64,000 bases of DNA, taken from assembly GCA_965219415.1 (NCBI GenBank), contig OZ244742.1, positions 864,001 through 928,000 of the forward strand, given 5' to 3'. A model generated the notes under the pieces. It was not told where the DNA came from. It saw nothing but the letters and a program-made list of their open reading frames with translations, and searched no databases. Position numbers and translations under genes: made by a program. Positions 19,459 through 31,165 of the stretch are shown in pieces. The first letter of the stretch is position 1. Each line of letters begins with the position of its first letter. Source of the DNA: Candidatus Marinacidobacterales bacterium (GTDB lineage Bacteria > Acidobacteriota > Vicinamibacteria > Marinacidobacterales > DATDRI01).

Positions 19459-22197
19459 CTAGGCGCCGCAGCACTTTTTGAACTTCTTTCCGCTTCCACA
19501 AGGGCAAAGTTGATTCCTACCGACTTTGGCCGCTGATCTTTTGACGGTCTTCACCGCGGCGTTGGCACCGCCTTGTGACTCACGTCTAGCAAACACAGAC
19601 GGCGACGCCCCCGGATCGTTGAACTCCAGTCGCGAAGGGCGTCGGGTCGGTGCGGGCTCGCTGACCCGTTCACGAACTGGCTGCAGAAGGAACAGGTAAC
19701 GAACGATCTCTTCTTCGATGCGATCCCAGGTCGCCTCGAACATCTGGAAACTTTCCTTCTTGTACTCGATGAGGGGATCGCGCTGTGCGTAGCCCCGAAG
19801 CCCGATCCCTTCCTTCAAGTGGTCCATCGCGTAGAGATGGTCCTTCCACTGCGAGTCCACGATCTGGAGCATCACGATGCGCTCGTGAGTACGCATCAGG
19901 TCGGCACCAATAAGAGTTTCCTTCTCTTCGTACTTTTCCTTGAGTTTGGTGCGAAGGGCTTCACGAGTTTCGTCGCGATTGAGCCCGTCCCAATCCAGGC
20001 TCTGCAGCTGCTGGCTATCGAAACCATACTGCCGCCCTAGCTCCCTTTTGAACCCATCCAGCTCCCACTCGCTGGGGTCTGCGTCCTCCAGCAAGAAGCG
20101 GTCGACGTTGAAGTCGAGCAACGCATCGGCTAGCTCCAACACGTACTCTCGCTCGTCCTTCCCTTCCAAGATTTCGCGTCGCAGTCGGTATACAGCCACC
20201 CGCTGCTTGTTCATCACGTCGTCATATTCGAGCAGATGCTTCCGGATGGAGAAGTTCTGGCCTTCCACCTGTTTTTGAGCGCGTTCGATGGCTCGGGTCA
20301 CCATGTTATGCTCGATGGGCGCTCCCTCCTCCATGCCCAGTCTCTGCATCAATCCGCTGATGCGATCGCTTCCGAAGATACGCATCAAATCATCTTCCAG
20401 CGAAAGAAAGAACCTGGAGCTGCCTGGATCGCCCTGCCGACCGGCCCGACCGCGGAGCTGGTTGTCGATGCGACGCGCCTCGTGTCGCTCGGTAGCCAAA
20501 ATGTGGAGCCCTCCTACCGCCACGACCCTATCGTGCGCTTCTGAGACTTGCTTCGTGGCCTTCTTGAACTCTTCCTCCCAAACTCCTTCTTCTGCCTCGC
20601 GGTAGTCCACTCCCTTGTCCTTGAGCGCGGTTCGCGCCATGTACTCCGGGTTGCCTCCCAAGAGAATGTCCGTACCGCGGCCCGCCATGTTGGTGGCGAT
20701 GGTAACCGCGCCACTCCGCCCCGCTTGCGCCACGATTTCGGCCTCCATCTCGTGGTACTTCGCATTCAGCACGACATGCTTCACACCGGAGCGCTTGAGA
20801 AGTTGGGACAGCTTTTCGCTCTTGCCGATGGACGTGGTACCGACCAAAATGGGTCGGCCCGCCCCGCTGAGTTCCTTGATCTCGTCGACCACGGCATTGA
20901 GCTTCTCTCGTTCAGTACGGTAGACGAGATCGGCGTATTCATCACGAATCAGATCTCGGTTCGTTGGCGCCACCACGACTTCCAAGTCGTAAATCTTCTC
21001 GAACTCGGGAGCTTCCGTTTCTGCGGTTCCCGTCATGCCTGCCAACTTCTCGTACATTCGAAAATAATTTTGGAAAGTGATGGTGGCGAGTGTCTGGTTC
21101 TCTCTTTCGATCTTGACGTGCTCTTTCGCTTCGATCGCTTGATGGAGCCCATCGGACCAACGTCGCCCGGGCATCAATCGACCCGTGAACTCGTCGACGA
21201 TGACGACCTGCCCGTCTTTCACCATGTAGTCGACGTCCCGCTTGTACAACGAGTGCGCACGGAGGGCTTGGTAGACGTGATGGAGGATGTGCATCTGAGA
21301 AGGCTCGTAGAGGTTCTCGACTTCCAACAACGATTCACAGTGAGGCACACCGTCCTCGGTCAAGGTGACGGTGCGTGATTTTTCGTCAACGGTGAAATCG
21401 AAGTCTCTTCGGAGTTTGGGAATGATGCGGTCGATCTGGTAGTACAGGTCGGTCGACTCCTCCGCCGGTCCGCTGATGATCAGCGGGGTGCGGGCCTCGT
21501 CGATGAGAATCGAATCCACCTCGTCCACGATAGCGAAGTTGAAGAGTTTTTCGACCTCTTTGCCGTCTCTGTCCTTGGTAGTGCGAGGAAAAATTCGATG
21601 CACGAAGAGCGAAGGGTCGAACTTCATGTTGTCGCGTAGGTAGTCGAACCCGAACTCGTTGTTGGTGCCGTAGGTCACGTCCGCCCGGTAGGCGCGTTGC
21701 CGATCGGCATCCGTGAAGTCGTGCTGGATGGTATCCACCGTAAGGCCGAGAAACTTATAGAGCGTACCCATCCACTCCGCGTCCCGACGAGCGAGGTAGT
21801 CGTTCACGGTTACGACGTGCACGCCCTTGCCAGCAAGAGAGTTGAGGTAAACCGGGAGCGTGGCGACAAGGGTCTTACCCTCCCCGGTCTTCATCTCGGC
21901 GACCTTCCCCTGATGGAGCACCATCCCGCCGATGAGTTGGACGTCGAAGTGACGCATGTGGAGCACGCGACGACCGACTTCCCGGCAAGCCGCGAAGGCC
22001 TCGGGCAAGAGGTCATCGAGAGATTCGCCACGAGTTACCCTCTCCCGGAACTGGGGAGTCCTTGCCGCCAACTCCGAATCGGAGAGGGCTTGCATCTGCG
22101 GTTCGAGCTCGTTGATAACAGTGACCCGCGGTCGGAGCCGCTTGAGCTCGCGCTCGTTCTTGCTCCCGATTATTTTGGTGAGAATACTGTTATACAT
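19459..22197 (-). CDS. secA: Preprotein translocase ATPase SecA
   Basis: [48 protein letters not shown]. Confidence 0.99.
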   Translation of the reverse strand: MYNSILTKIIGSKNERELKRLRPRVTVINELEPQMQALSDSELAARTPQFRERVTRGESLDDLLPEAFAACREVGRRVLHMRHFDVQLIGGMVLHQGKVAEMKTGEGKTLVATLPVYLNSLAGKGVHVVTVNDYLARRDAEWMGTLYKFLGLTVDTIQHDFTDADRQRAYRADVTYGTNNEFGFDYLRDNMKFDPSLFVHRIFPRTTKDRDGKEVEKLFNFAIVDEVDSILIDEARTPLIISGPAEESTDLYYQIDRIIPKLRRDFDFTVDEKSRTVTLTEDGVPHCESLLEVENLYEPSQMHILHHVYQALRAHSLYKRDVDYMVKDGQVVIVDEFTGRLMPGRRWSDGLHQAIEAKEHVKIERENQTLATITFQNYFRMYEKLAGMTGTAETEAPEFEKIYDLEVVVAPTNRDLIRDEYADLVYRTEREKLNAVVDEIKELSGAGRPILVGTTSIGKSEKLSQLLKRSGVKHVVLNAKYHEMEAEIVAQAGRSGAVTIATNMAGRGTDILLGGNPEYMARTALKDKGVDYREAEEGVWEEEFKKATKQVSEAHDRVVAVGGLHILATERHEARRIDNQLRGRAGRQGDPGSSRFFLSLEDDLMRIFGSDRISGLMQRLGMEEGAPIEHNMVTRAIERAQKQVEGQNFSIRKHLLEYDDVMNKQRVAVYRLRREILEGKDEREYVLELADALLDFNVDRFLLEDADPSEWELDGFKRELGRQYGFDSQQLQSLDWDGLNRDETREALRTKLKEKYEEKETLIGADLMRTHERIVMLQIVDSQWKDHLYAMDHLKEGIGLRGYAQRDPLIEYKKESFQMFEATWDRIEEEIVRYLFLLQPVRERVSEPAPTRRPSRLEFNDPGASPSVFARRESQGGANAAVKTVKRSAAKVGRNQLCPCGSGKKFKKCCGA

Positions 22198-22307
22198 AAG
22201 AAGTAATTGGCCTTTTGCTCCGATTGATAGTCCGCCAGTCTAGCAAATGGCCGGAGGCTAATCAACATCTCCCGGCCTGGCGGACGAACGGCCTGGTGAT
22301 AGTAAAA

Positions 22308-22360
22308 CAGTGAGCAGTAATCAGTACTGTACTGATTGCCGATAACTGATAACTGGTTAC
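22308..22360. repeat. Inverted array of 7-bp units (CAGTAAT / ATAACTG type)
   Basis: CAGTGAG CAGTAAT CAGTAC tGTACTG ATTGCCG ATAACTG ATAACTG. Confidence 0.6.
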
Positions 22361-22373
22361 TTTCGTGGGGGAA

Positions 22374-23144
22374 CTAAAAGTCGATGTCTTTCACGACCTC
22401 GAACCAGGTCTCGGCGATGAGCTTGTAGCCGTTGTCGTTAGGGTGAAGCCCGTCGCTCCCCAGAAGCGAGGCTGCGTCGTTGCGGAAAGCGATCTCGTGT
22501 CCGGCAACCGGAACCCGCTCCGCGTTCGCTTCTTGACGAATGATGGTATTGAGGCGTGCCACATTCTCCGGGGCAAGGGCGCGGAACCCTTCAGGATCCA
22601 TGGGAGGATAGGTTCCGATCACGACCGCAGCTCCATCGCGCTGAATCATTCGCATCATCGCGACGAGGTTCTCGCGTAGCCGAGTGAACCGAGCCTTATC
22701 GTTCGTGTTGATATCGACGACGCCCAGCCATAACAGAACCAAGTCGGGGTTGTGAATGCGGAGTTCGTTTGGAAGCCGCGTCAGCCCCTCGTTGCTATCC
22801 CCTCCCCCACGGCTGGAATTGACCATTGTCAGCTTTCCATCCAGCTCGTCCTCCAAAAGGCGCTGCAGCTTGGGAACGTAGCCTTCAATCTGGGATAGGG
22901 TCGCGAATCCGGGCGCCGCCCGGCTCGTCGTACCGAAAGTCAAACTATCGCCCAAACATAGGATCGTCCTCTTGGCACCTTCCCGCGTAGGTATGGCGGA
23001 GACTTGGCCGAGCGAGCCTGAGCTGGACGCGTCGGGCCCCACTGCAGACGGAGCCAAGGGCGCGGCACTAGGGCCGCATCCCACCGCCGCGAAAGCAGAG
23101 ATGGTAGCGAGCCCGAGGATCGTGGGAACAGCGGGAAGCTTCAA
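22374..23144 (-). CDS. SGNH/GDSL hydrolase lipoprotein
   Basis: GDSLT, DGLHPN; lipobox AVGC; TTG start with AGGAGA. Confidence 0.88.
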   Translation of the reverse strand: MKLPAVPTILGLATISAFAAVGCGPSAAPLAPSAVGPDASSSGSLGQVSAIPTREGAKRTILCLGDSLTFGTTSRAAPGFATLSQIEGYVPKLQRLLEDELDGKLTMVNSSRGGGDSNEGLTRLPNELRIHNPDLVLLWLGVVDINTNDKARFTRLRENLVAMMRMIQRDGAAVVIGTYPPMDPEGFRALAPENVARLNTIIRQEANAERVPVAGHEIAFRNDAASLLGSDGLHPNDNGYKLIAETWFEVVKDIDF

Positions 23145-23220
23145 TGAAGTGTCTCCTGGGTGCACTGAACGGCGAAGCAACGTACGGAAAGACGAAGGCA
23201 GCGTAGTGGGTCCGCTCGAG

Positions 23221-24162
23221 TTATGGTCCCCCGGCCGATCTGGTACCGCGGCCTGAAACCGAGAAGTTCTTACTATACTCGAGAATGTAGTTGAGCGGGT
23301 GCGTCGGGCGATCGGACACCCAAATCTCGTAGTGGAGGTGCGGCCCGTTGCTCCTCCCGGTGCTGCCAACGTAACCGACGACATCCCCCCTCTTCACCCT
23401 TTTCCCTGGGCGCACGTTGAAGCGAGAGAGATGCGCGTAACGGGTCATCATCCCAAACTTGTGGTCGATAACGATGACGTTGCCGTAGCTTCCACGCTTC
23501 CCCGCGTAGAGCACAACCCCGTCGGCCGGGGCCACTACCGACCGTCCAATGGGAGTCGAGACATCGATTCCATGATGAAACTCGCGCTCACCAGTGAACG
23601 GATCGCGGCGACGACCGTACGACGATGATAAGTAACCGCGCACCGGCCATATTGACGGCGTCGAGGCAAGCATGAGGGAATGCTCTTCGTAGAATCTCTC
23701 CAAGACGCGGCCTTTTTCGTCGAGAGCGGTCAAGTCGCTGGCCATTTGATGAAGACTGCCCTTGACTTGCTCGTAGGCGCTCGCTGGCGAGGCGCCGTCC
23801 TCGTCCCGAAATCCACCCATTCCGGCGCCCGATTCGGCCGTCAACTCCGTGCCTAGCCCCGCCATCACCGAAAGCTTCTTGACGAAATCCTGGAGGGAAG
23901 TGACTCGATTGTTCAGATGCTCGACTGAGACTTCGTAGTCCAGGTTTTGTCGTCGCAGCTCGGCATTGATCATTCTCAATCGCCGGAGCTCCCGCATGTC
24001 CCCGTAGAACTCCACGTAGTGAAAAGTCAACGCTCCAGCAACGATGGCGACCAGACCAAGGAAAGAACCTAGAAGAATAGCGGTACGCTTAGATAGATGA
24101 ATCTTGCGGAACTTCGCCTCCGCATGCGGCACTAAGATGAACGTATAAAATCGTTTAGCCAT
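23221..24162 (-). CDS. M23 family peptidoglycan endopeptidase
   Basis: N-terminal TM plus coiled coil; HHGID, YAHL, GPHLHYE. Confidence 0.93.
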   Translation of the reverse strand: MAKRFYTFILVPHAEAKFRKIHLSKRTAILLGSFLGLVAIVAGALTFHYVEFYGDMRELRRLRMINAELRRQNLDYEVSVEHLNNRVTSLQDFVKKLSVMAGLGTELTAESGAGMGGFRDEDGASPASAYEQVKGSLHQMASDLTALDEKGRVLERFYEEHSLMLASTPSIWPVRGYLSSSYGRRRDPFTGEREFHHGIDVSTPIGRSVVAPADGVVLYAGKRGSYGNVIVIDHKFGMMTRYAHLSRFNVRPGKRVKRGDVVGYVGSTGRSNGPHLHYEIWVSDRPTHPLNYILEYSKNFSVSGRGTRSAGGP

Positions 24163-24339
24163 ACCACCGACCTCTCGCGGTTGGCTCCTTCAAGAGAACA
24201 ATTGGCCCACAATGCACAAAAAAACGCCCTTTTTCCTACTACAGCCGTGAGACAGCTGTCAAGCCAAAAAGAAGAACCCCAATTCTTCAGAGGTTCCGAC
24301 CAGGTTCTTCCTTAGATGCTCCGCAAGGCGCGTGCCCCC

Positions 24340-25731
24340 TCAAGACACGTAGCCCAGGGTCTTCAGTTCTTTCAAAATGTCCTCGTCGACGGGGCTTCGG
24401 CGGGGCTTCCCTCCACGCATGCCGGTGTCGTGAGTCGGGGTCCACTCCACGGGCCTCTCCGCAAGTAGCTCAGGGGCTAGGACTTCGACTAGGACCCTGC
24501 CGTCCATATCCTCCCCGACGGGCAGTCCCAGGAGATAGAGAGCGGTTGGCGAAACATCGAACACCGTCGCGTTGGTGAGCCGGGCACCGCCTCGGATCGG
24601 CGGACCCCATAGGAAAATCACCCCAGGAGGGGCCAGAGTCTCCACACTTCCCGGTGACCTCACTCCCGCCTGACCCAGAGCGTAGTGATAAAAGCCGTAG
24701 TTGCGGAACTGAAACCCGTGATCGGAAACCACGATTACGACGGTGTCTGGCCCGGCCGTGGCCATCATCCGCCCCAGCCGGCGGTCTTCGTGGACGTAAA
24801 CCGCCTCCAAGACAGCGGCGTAGGCTTCGTTCATCGCCCGCTCGACTTCCGGAGTGAGCGGTAGCTTTTCCTCCCTGAGGTGCTGGTACACCTGGGTGGC
24901 CAATCGCACATCGATGAATCGCCACAGGAAGTGTGAAAAAATATCCGCATTCCGGAAGATCACACCAAAGAGATCCCTTTGTCCCCGGGTCTCCATGAGG
25001 TGGTTGGCAACTCTCTCGACGAGCATATCCTCGGCGAAGAGTCCGACCGAAGCCTGAAATCGCCCCCTGAAAACCTCGGAAGGACGAAAGACGCTCGACG
25101 CGAGCTCATCCGAATACACTGGGATTCCCGCCGCCCTCATCTCCTGGTGAAGCCGGTCGTCGCCGAGTCCGACGAGCGGTTCCAGCTCGTCATAAAGAGT
25201 TGCTGGGTACGTCGATTTATCGATGCGAGTCTTACCTGCCTTCGTGAAATGATTTGAGACCATCTCACCATTCACGTGTTCCGCTGGCCAGGTCGCCCAC
25301 CAGTTGATCAGTTGTACGCTCCTGCCAGCCGCGGTGGCAATATTCCAAAGCGCCTCAGTGCGCCTCTGGTTTCCCGTTGTCAGAAGCCTCTCGTGGCCAT
25401 CGTCGGACAGCACCATCCAATCGATGATGCCGTGCTTTTCCATGCGCTTGCCGGTGGCGATGGAAGTCCAAATCACATTCGACTTCGTAGGCTTGAAGGT
25501 ACGGCAGGGGCCATAGGCTCCTTCCCGATGGAGCCGCCCGAAGTTCGGGAGCTTGCCCTGCGACATCAGGGAGTGGAGAAACTCGGGATCCATTCCATCG
25601 AAGCCGAGAATGATGACTCGATAAGGCGACGCCGCCCTCGGTTCGATTCGATCGGCTCGCTGAACGGCGACGTCGAGATATAGAAATAGGCCGGAAAGGA
25701 GAACGACGACTACAGCGTACGCCTTCTTCAT
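24340..25731 (-). CDS. Alkaline phosphatase superfamily (phosphodiesterase/nucleotide pyrophosphatase-like) protein
   Basis: GFDGMD, WTSIATG..HGI, VSDHGF, LKTLGY. Confidence 0.88.
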   Translation of the reverse strand: MKKAYAVVVVLLSGLFLYLDVAVQRADRIEPRAASPYRVIILGFDGMDPEFLHSLMSQGKLPNFGRLHREGAYGPCRTFKPTKSNVIWTSIATGKRMEKHGIIDWMVLSDDGHERLLTTGNQRRTEALWNIATAAGRSVQLINWWATWPAEHVNGEMVSNHFTKAGKTRIDKSTYPATLYDELEPLVGLGDDRLHQEMRAAGIPVYSDELASSVFRPSEVFRGRFQASVGLFAEDMLVERVANHLMETRGQRDLFGVIFRNADIFSHFLWRFIDVRLATQVYQHLREEKLPLTPEVERAMNEAYAAVLEAVYVHEDRRLGRMMATAGPDTVVIVVSDHGFQFRNYGFYHYALGQAGVRSPGSVETLAPPGVIFLWGPPIRGGARLTNATVFDVSPTALYLLGLPVGEDMDGRVLVEVLAPELLAERPVEWTPTHDTGMRGGKPRRSPVDEDILKELKTLGYVS

Positions 25732-25786
25732 TGGTGTCTCATTGGTCTTGAGTCTTGGCCCGGCGACGAACCGGGGGGATACGATC

Positions 25787-26152
25787 CTACACCAACCGGC
25801 GGTAATTCATCCTAGGAACGTCCTCCGCTGTCCACTCCGGAGAGGCGTGGTTCTCGAGCTTCTCGAGACATCGCGCGGCGGCGATGATGAGGCTCTCCAC
25901 ATCGAGTCCTTCCCAATGCGGGCGAAACGGCTGGAGGGCGCGCACTCCCTGATCGAGCTGGCTCACTGCTCCTTTCCGGTTGCCCGCCGCAACGTGGTAC
26001 ATGCCGACTGCGATGTGTATCAACGCTTGCAGGAAATCGCGTTCCTGCCCACGGGCTCCCGTCCAGGCATCCTCGAGGATGTCATGGCACTCGAAATACA
26101 GCTTTCGATTGAAGAGAGCGACTGCCTCGGCGAGGACATTTTCGTCGAGCAT
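25787..26152 (-). CDS. DUF309 domain protein
   Basis: LFN..YFECHDILEDAW...LQALI..AVG.YH. Confidence 0.88.
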   Translation of the reverse strand: MLDENVLAEAVALFNRKLYFECHDILEDAWTGARGQERDFLQALIHIAVGMYHVAAGNRKGAVSQLDQGVRALQPFRPHWEGLDVESLIIAAARCLEKLENHASPEWTAEDVPRMNYRRLV

Positions 26153-26171
26153 TGGCAGATGCTAACACCTG

Positions 26172-26475
26172 CTACGCTTGCCGACTCTCCAGGATACGGT
26201 ACTGGATGGCCTCGTGAAGATGCGATTCCTTAATACTCCCACCCCCTTCTAAATCGGCCATCGTTCGCGCCACCTTGAGTATCCGGTCGAACGCACGAGC
26301 CGACAGGCCCAAGCTGTCCACCGCTCGGCGTATCGAGATCTTTCCGGTGCGGCTCAACTCGCAGAACCGCGTCACTTCCGGTGGCGACATCCAAGCGTTG
26401 AGACGATGATCGGAGCCTGCGAAGCGTTCCATCTGCAATTCCCTGGCGCTCATCACTCGGTCCCGGACAACCGAG
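26172..26475 (-). pseudogene. comM: ComM/YifB Mg-chelatase-like ATPase, C-terminal fragment
   Basis: SVVRDRVMSARELQ...LSARAFDRILKVARTMADL...EAIQYR. Confidence 0.88.
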
Positions 26476-27545
26476 GAGTCAAGCCCATTCTTAGTTGAAA
26501 CTCTCCACGGCTCACGTTTAAGCGACCTTCTTCTTCGATACGGTTGATGTCTTCGCCTCGATCTTCAGTTCCCGCTTGAGAGCTTCGCGAAGCTTGGGAA
26601 GATGGCGGTAGCCCACCACCTTCCTCAAGCGCGGTTCGATGTCTACGAGCGCCGTTGCCAACCAGCGCTGGCGTTGGCTCGAGTTCTTCCAGTGGTCGAC
26701 CTTCGCGCAGCGTTCCTCGACGAGAGCATTGACGGACTCAAGGCAGTTCGTCGTCTTGAACGAACGGCCCAGCACCGCGTGCACGCCGAGTCGATGCAAC
26801 GTCAGCGTCTCCTCGAGGCCTTCCTCCAGGCTGCCAGCTGCGGATTGGTTCCGCTCTTCTAACTCACCGTGGAGTTGCTCGAGCGCAGTGAGGGCCTCTT
26901 CGTACTCCGGCCTGTTGTAGGCCCACTGGAGCCGCTTGCGCCATGACGCCTACTCGCCCTTGGACAGGTAGCTCACTACGTTTTCACGTTTGTGCCACTG
27001 GCAGCGTTGTATCAGGGCCCGCTTACGGAATGCCTTCTTGACTGCCGCTTGGAGACCCTTGCCGCCGTCGATGATCACCAGCAGACCCTGGGAGATATCG
27101 AGTCCCCGCTCGAGCAGTGAACGCAGGAACGGCGTCAACACCTGCGCGTTCTCCGTGTCCGTCTCCACGAAGCCCAAGAAGCGTTTTTCCCCGCAAAGCG
27201 TGATGCCCAGAGCCACGACCATCGTTGCCTCGGCGAATGTCTTCCCATCCAGAAACAGCGCCACCACATCCTCGCCGGTCAGATCCCGTTCCTGCATCTC
27301 CCGCAGCTTCGCAGCGCTCGCTTGCACGAACCCTCGGGACACCGTTGAGCTCGACAGCCCGATGGCGCCCGGAATCGCTTCCGCTGCCGCCTCGTAGTTG
27401 CGACAAGAGATTCCGTAGAGAACTCGTTTCAGCAGAAGATCATTCACCTCACCGCCGTGGCTCACCGCCTCGTAGCAGCGAAGCGGAATCTCTCCTCCCT
27501 CGATGCTCCGAACCCGTGGCACACGGATCGGTACCCGGCGACCAA
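26476..27545 (-). mobile_element. Truncated IS256-family element; transposase has a nonsense codon at 26950-26952
   Basis: VPRVR, FLDGK, IIDGGKGL, QRCQWHK, TTNCLESVN; right end GAGTCAAGCCCATTCTTAGTTGAAA at 26476; left end and start missing. Confidence 0.88.
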
Positions 27546-28163
27546 CTCGAGAGCCCGTTTTGCTTGGTACTGGGCCTTTACGTCCGCGAGATCGCGCAAC
27601 GGTTTCCGCCTCGACCAATACGTCCCGTTTGTTGGCCGGGGCGCTGGAAGGTTCTCCGCGGACAGGAGGTCCACCACCTCGCGGAGAGAACCCACCGAGT
27701 ACACCGCCAGACCATCCACCATGGCCGCCTCGACTCCGTTCGCGTGCGGCACCACCGCCATCCGAACTCCTTCCGATCGAGCCTCGACCGCCACCGGAAG
27801 TACCCCTCTCACCGGACGAAGCGTCCCATCGAGGGCCAGCTCGCCCATCAAGAGCGTGCCGCTAAGTCGGCTGGTGGGCACGTGATCCCTCGCCGCCAAA
27901 AGCCCGATAGCGACCGCGAGGTCGAAACCGGCACCTTGTTTTGGAACCTCCGCCGGCGCGAGGCTAAGCGTGATCCGCCCTCCCGGATATTCGAAGCCAC
28001 TCGTTCGGAGCGCGGCGCGCACCCTTTCGCGGGCCTCCCGGACCGATGTGTCCGGCAGGCCCACGGTGCGGAAGGACGGCACCCCGTCACTCAGGTAGAC
28101 TTCCACCCGCACCAAGAGTCCTTCAATGCCTCGGGTCGCCCCGGTTGCCGTACGTGCGAACAC
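27546..28163 (-). pseudogene. comM: ComM/YifB, N-terminal fragment
   Basis: VGLPDTSVREARERVRAAL, LAPA, FDLAVA, GELALDG, DLADVKAQYQAKRALE; breaks off before Walker A. Confidence 0.9.
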
Positions 28164-28259
28164 ATTCGAGGAGACGAGAAAAACGGTCAGAAACCTCCCT
28201 CGAAGAACGCGCCGGCCCGATTTCCGGAGCTCGATTAAGAATGGAAAATAGGAAAGGAG

Positions 28260-28649
28260 CTAAGTGGCAGTCTCGATATCTAGCGTGGCTACGACTGGAT
28301 AGCCGTTCCGGCACTGGAACACTTCGCGAAAGATGCGGTTTGCCAGGTCGGCACCTAAGTTGGTATCGGTGCCCACTTGAAGCAGGTAGGAAGTCTCGGT
28401 CTTGGTAACCGCCTCCATTCCTTCGAGGTCGGTGAGCTTTTGCTGCTCCTCGCCAGACATGCTCACCCGTGGCAGATCGAAGGTAAGTCCTTCCCCCATA
28501 TTGTAGGTGAGTTGGAGAAATTTGCCGCCGTCAGTCTCGAAAATCACGAACCCCTCTTCCGCACCGACCGCACCGGCCTTGATCAATTCGTCCATGGCGG
28601 ACTTCAGATGTTTCTCGTGCTCGGTTTTGAACTCTTTTGCCGCTTCCAT
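28260..28649 (-). CDS. Hypothetical protein
   Basis: Clean ORF with GAGG RBS and upstream promoter. Confidence 0.7.
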   Translation of the reverse strand: MEAAKEFKTEHEKHLKSAMDELIKAGAVGAEEGFVIFETDGGKFLQLTYNMGEGLTFDLPRVSMSGEEQQKLTDLEGMEAVTKTETSYLLQVGTDTNLGADLANRIFREVFQCRNGYPVVATLDIETAT

Positions 28650-28757
28650 GCCTCACCAACTCTTCATTCCTTCGGAGAGTGAAGGCACAAGGCGTTACCT
28701 TGAGCATTAAGGGGTTCGTACTCTTCCGGTCGAGGACCTTCACGCGAAGCTGCCACG

Positions 28758-28786
28758 AACCTACCACCGGACCAGGGGCGTGTCAA
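28758..28786 (-). promoter_or_regulatory. Sigma70-type promoter TTGACA-17-TAGGTT
   Basis: Consensus -35 and 17-bp spacer. Confidence 0.55.
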
Positions 28787-28837
28787 GACCGGCCTCCTCC
28801 CCCCCGAGTGTGAGTCATCTGTCCCACGCAATGTCGC

Positions 28838-30628
28838 CTAGACGCGGACGAAAACGCCCTTTTCGTTGCCGAGCTCACGAGCCGAGGGCGTCACGATCGT
28901 GTCCGGTCCGACAGGAAGCTTCCGCTCATCGCCGAGTGCCTGGCGGACGTCTTCCTCGGAAACGAATTCCAAAGCCGCGGTCGGGGCGGCGGGCGATGAG
29001 GACGTCGGGTTCGGGTTTCGTGTGGCCTGAGATGAGTTAGCCGGATTGCCAACCGGCCCGGCAGCAGAGGCGGAGCCACTCGTCAAGTTTGAGGGGTTTG
29101 TCGCGCCTGCCCTGCTTAGCAGGCCGCGACTCGTCAAGTAACCCGCGACTTGCTCCTCAACCGATTCGCCAGATGGAGGGTCCGCCGTGGCCGCTCTCGT
29201 CCTCGGTGCGCCCGCCGAACGACCCCCACTTTCAAACCCATACTCCTTCAACGCCGCCTGCAAATCGACCGGCCGTATCTCGAACGCCAGCCGTTTGATG
29301 TTAATGAGATGCAACGGAGTGATGTTGTCGGAGGTGATGTTGCCACCGTATGCGCCGCAGCCGAGGGTCATCGCCGGCGCCAGCCCAGTGCTGAACCCCA
29401 CCGCCCCGTGCGTTGCGGGAGAGTTGACGATGATGCGGAAGGCGGGTTTCTGAAGACCGAACTCCATGATGATGTCCCGGTTTTGGGAGTGAATGGATAA
29501 CGTGTGTCCCATTCCACCGTAGCGCAGTATTTCCTTCGCCCGCTCGCACCCACCGCGCCAATCTTTGACGACGTAAAACGCCAAGATCGGTGAGAGCTTC
29601 TCGATCGAAAGCGGGTAGTCTCGGCCCACACCTTCGAGCTCCGCCACCAAAACCCTTGTTCCCTGCGGGACCTGGATCTCCGCCTTCTCGGCAATGAACG
29701 TCGCGCTCTTGCCGACAATTTGAGGGTTGGCGAGGCGACTTGGCAGGATTGCGACTCTCTCCACCGCACGCATCTGCTCCGCGGTCAAGAACGCGCCGCC
29801 CTCCGCTACCACCCGTTCCCTAACTTGCTGAGAGATCGCCTCGTCGCAGAGAAGCGCCTGCTCGGAACAACAAAGAGTCCCGTTGTCATAGCTCTTCCCG
29901 TTAATGACGTCCCTCACCGCTTTCACCACGTCCGCCGAGGACTCTATGTACGCGGGCACGTTTCCTGGACCTACTCCGAAGGCGGGCTTTCCCGAGCTGT
30001 AAGCGGCGCGCACCAACCCCATTCCGCCCGTGGCCAGAATGACCGACGTTGCTCGGTTCCTCATGAGCTCCTGGGTGCCCTCGATCGAAACGTGCTCCAT
30101 ACACTCGATGGAGCCTTCGGGCGCGCCGGCAGCGAGCGCCGCCTTACCCATGATTTCGGCAGTGGCACAAATGCAACGCTTGGCCGCCGGGTGAGGTGAC
30201 AGCACGATCGTGTTCCGTGCTTTGAGGCTGATCAGGATCTTGTAGATCGCCGTCGAAGTTGGATTGGTCGAGGGAATGACCGCCGCCACCACGCCGACCG
30301 GCTCCGCAATCTCGTAGAGTTTCTTCTCGGGAACCTCGCGGATCACACCCACGGTCTTCATGTCTTTGATGAAATCGTAAACGTCAACCGCGGCGAACTT
30401 ATTCTTAACGAACTTGTGCTCGATGACACCATATCCGGTCTCTTCCACCGCCAGTTCGGCCAGCTCCAAGGAAGCGTTCGAAGCCGCCTCCGCTGCGGCT
30501 GCAACGATGCGATCGATTCTCTCTTGGGAAAAATGAGCGAGCGTATTCCAGGCCGCTCGCGCCCGGCGCAATAGGGTCCGAGCCTCCTGTAAGGAGAGGA
30601 GGTCTTGGTCTTTCACACTCGTCACCAC
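28838..30628 (-). CDS. Acylating aldehyde dehydrogenase (EutE/PduP/AdhE-N type), BMC-associated, with C-terminal extension
   Basis: [42 protein letters not shown]; adjacent to BMC-H gene. Confidence 0.92.
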   Translation of the reverse strand: MVTSVKDQDLLSLQEARTLLRRARAAWNTLAHFSQERIDRIVAAAAEAASNASLELAELAVEETGYGVIEHKFVKNKFAAVDVYDFIKDMKTVGVIREVPEKKLYEIAEPVGVVAAVIPSTNPTSTAIYKILISLKARNTIVLSPHPAAKRCICATAEIMGKAALAAGAPEGSIECMEHVSIEGTQELMRNRATSVILATGGMGLVRAAYSSGKPAFGVGPGNVPAYIESSADVVKAVRDVINGKSYDNGTLCCSEQALLCDEAISQQVRERVVAEGGAFLTAEQMRAVERVAILPSRLANPQIVGKSATFIAEKAEIQVPQGTRVLVAELEGVGRDYPLSIEKLSPILAFYVVKDWRGGCERAKEILRYGGMGHTLSIHSQNRDIIMEFGLQKPAFRIIVNSPATHGAVGFSTGLAPAMTLGCGAYGGNITSDNITPLHLINIKRLAFEIRPVDLQAALKEYGFESGGRSAGAPRTRAATADPPSGESVEEQVAGYLTSRGLLSRAGATNPSNLTSGSASAAGPVGNPANSSQATRNPNPTSSSPAAPTAALEFVSEEDVRQALGDERKLPVGPDTIVTPSARELGNEKGVFVRV

Positions 30629-30669
30629 TTGACAGCCTCCCGAAGGATAGTCACTTCAGTCTCTCGATT

Positions 30670-30720
30670 GCCTCGGGGCTCGCTCCGACATCAGTGCGGC
30701 GGGGCCCCACCACCACCGCC
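30670..30720 (-). repeat. GC-rich dispersed repeat copy 3
   Basis: GGTGGGGCCCCGCCGCA...GGAGCGAGCCCCGAGG. Confidence 0.65.
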
Positions 30721-30771
30721 GTCCAGCCGATGGCCCCTCGCGCAGGGTGCACTGAATCCCTCACCACTCTG

Positions 30772-31062
30772 CTACACCGGCGGCCGCGGGAGGATCCGTT
30801 CCACTTCACCGGCCGGGGCTGGAATAATGTGGACCGAGACGAGCTCGCCGACTCGTCGCGCCGCTCCAGCTCCAGCGTCCACGGCGGCCTTGACGGCTCC
30901 CACATCTCCGCGCACGAAGACGGTGACTAGCCCCTGCTCGATGTATTCCCGGCCGACAAGTGTGACATTGGCGGTCTTGACCATGGCATCTGCCGCTTCG
31001 ATGGAGCCAACGAGCCCCTTGGTTTCGACCATGCCCAACGCTGCACCAGTTATTTCCATCAT
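30772..31062 (-). CDS. Bacterial microcompartment hexameric shell protein (EutM/PduA-like)
   Basis: [26 protein letters not shown]...[11 protein letters not shown]...VHIIPAP. Confidence 0.96.
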   Translation of the reverse strand: MMEITGAALGMVETKGLVGSIEAADAMVKTANVTLVGREYIEQGLVTVFVRGDVGAVKAAVDAGAGAARRVGELVSVHIIPAPAGEVERILPRPPV

Positions 31063-31165
31063 CTCTCCCTATTGTCGGACGAGCACCCGGCAAGGTCCCT
31101 CGTGGCACTCCACGTTTGGGCCCCCACCCATACCCGAGGCGTCGACCGCGGCAGAGTCCTTGGGC

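Noticed and set aside
20548-21378. Long antisense ORFs over secA and other genes (e.g. 37041-37835, 27225-28238)
   Set aside because: Shadow ORFs expected from GC-rich codon usage, with no recognisable motifs
26950-26952. In-frame TAG in the IS256 transposase as possible pyrrolysine or readthrough
   Set aside because: The element is already truncated, and a CAG-to-TAG nonsense change is the simpler explanation
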